Below the pieces are notes generated by a model. That model was not told the DNA's origin. It did no database searches and worked only from the letters and a program-made list of their open reading frames with translations. This document shows positions 63,736 through 64,000 of a stretch of 64,000 nt of DNA, in pieces (position 1 is the first letter of the stretch; each line of letters begins with the position of its first letter). A program made the translations under genes and the position numbers. Origin of the DNA: Chiloscyllium plagiosum (Eukaryota); contig NC_057728.1 of the NCBI RefSeq assembly GCF_004010195.1, positions 43,431,989-43,495,988 of the forward strand, in the 5' to 3' direction.

Positions 63736-64000
63736 GAGAGTTGGTAAGGGTATCTTTTAAAAGGTCACCAAAACTGCCTCTGCAAGAGAACCTCTTGTTT
63801 CAATGGGACCTTACTCTGACCTCATGTAATGGATTTGCTGATCAGAGAGTTGTATAGTCTCCTTTCTACACATAATGTTGTCTGGTGCATGGGCACTACA
63901 TTCCAGCTCCATTAATCATGTGACAACACCTTATAGTCATGTTCCTCTGTTCTCCACTCAGTGTCTTCCTCTGGTTCCAGCATTAGTTCTTACTACAGCA

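Overview
Eukaryotic, repeat-saturated DNA from a cartilaginous fish. The HE1-type V-SINE, HER1/CR1 tails and Penelope termini point to a shark (inference). No complete host gene is present. The only well-supported host signal is one isolated 105-bp minus-strand exon candidate (4875-4979), so the window is probably intronic. The rest is nested, mostly decayed transposons: many CR1 LINEs, a second CR1/L2-group LINE, a Rex1/Babar tail, two complete LTR retrotransposons (Gmr1-type with INT before RT at 9319-15819; Mag-like Gypsy at 55205-61492 with perfect GATGG target-site duplication, TSD), a solo LTR, Penelope-like elements (PLEs) with minimal hammerhead-ribozyme motifs and 11-14 bp TSDs, and several ancient Harbinger relics. 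The most unusual structure is in the second Gypsy element. Five 5'-truncated Tx1-clade LINE copies sit in sense orientation at the same site just after the LTR TATA box: four stacked in the 5' LTR and one in the 3' LTR. The stacked copies are separated by repeated GCAGGACT target duplications and carry 3'-transduced pieces of other LTR copies. This suggests an LTR-targeting, site-specific LINE. Family assignments come from motifs recognised by eye, not from database searches, and boundaries of decayed elements are approximate.
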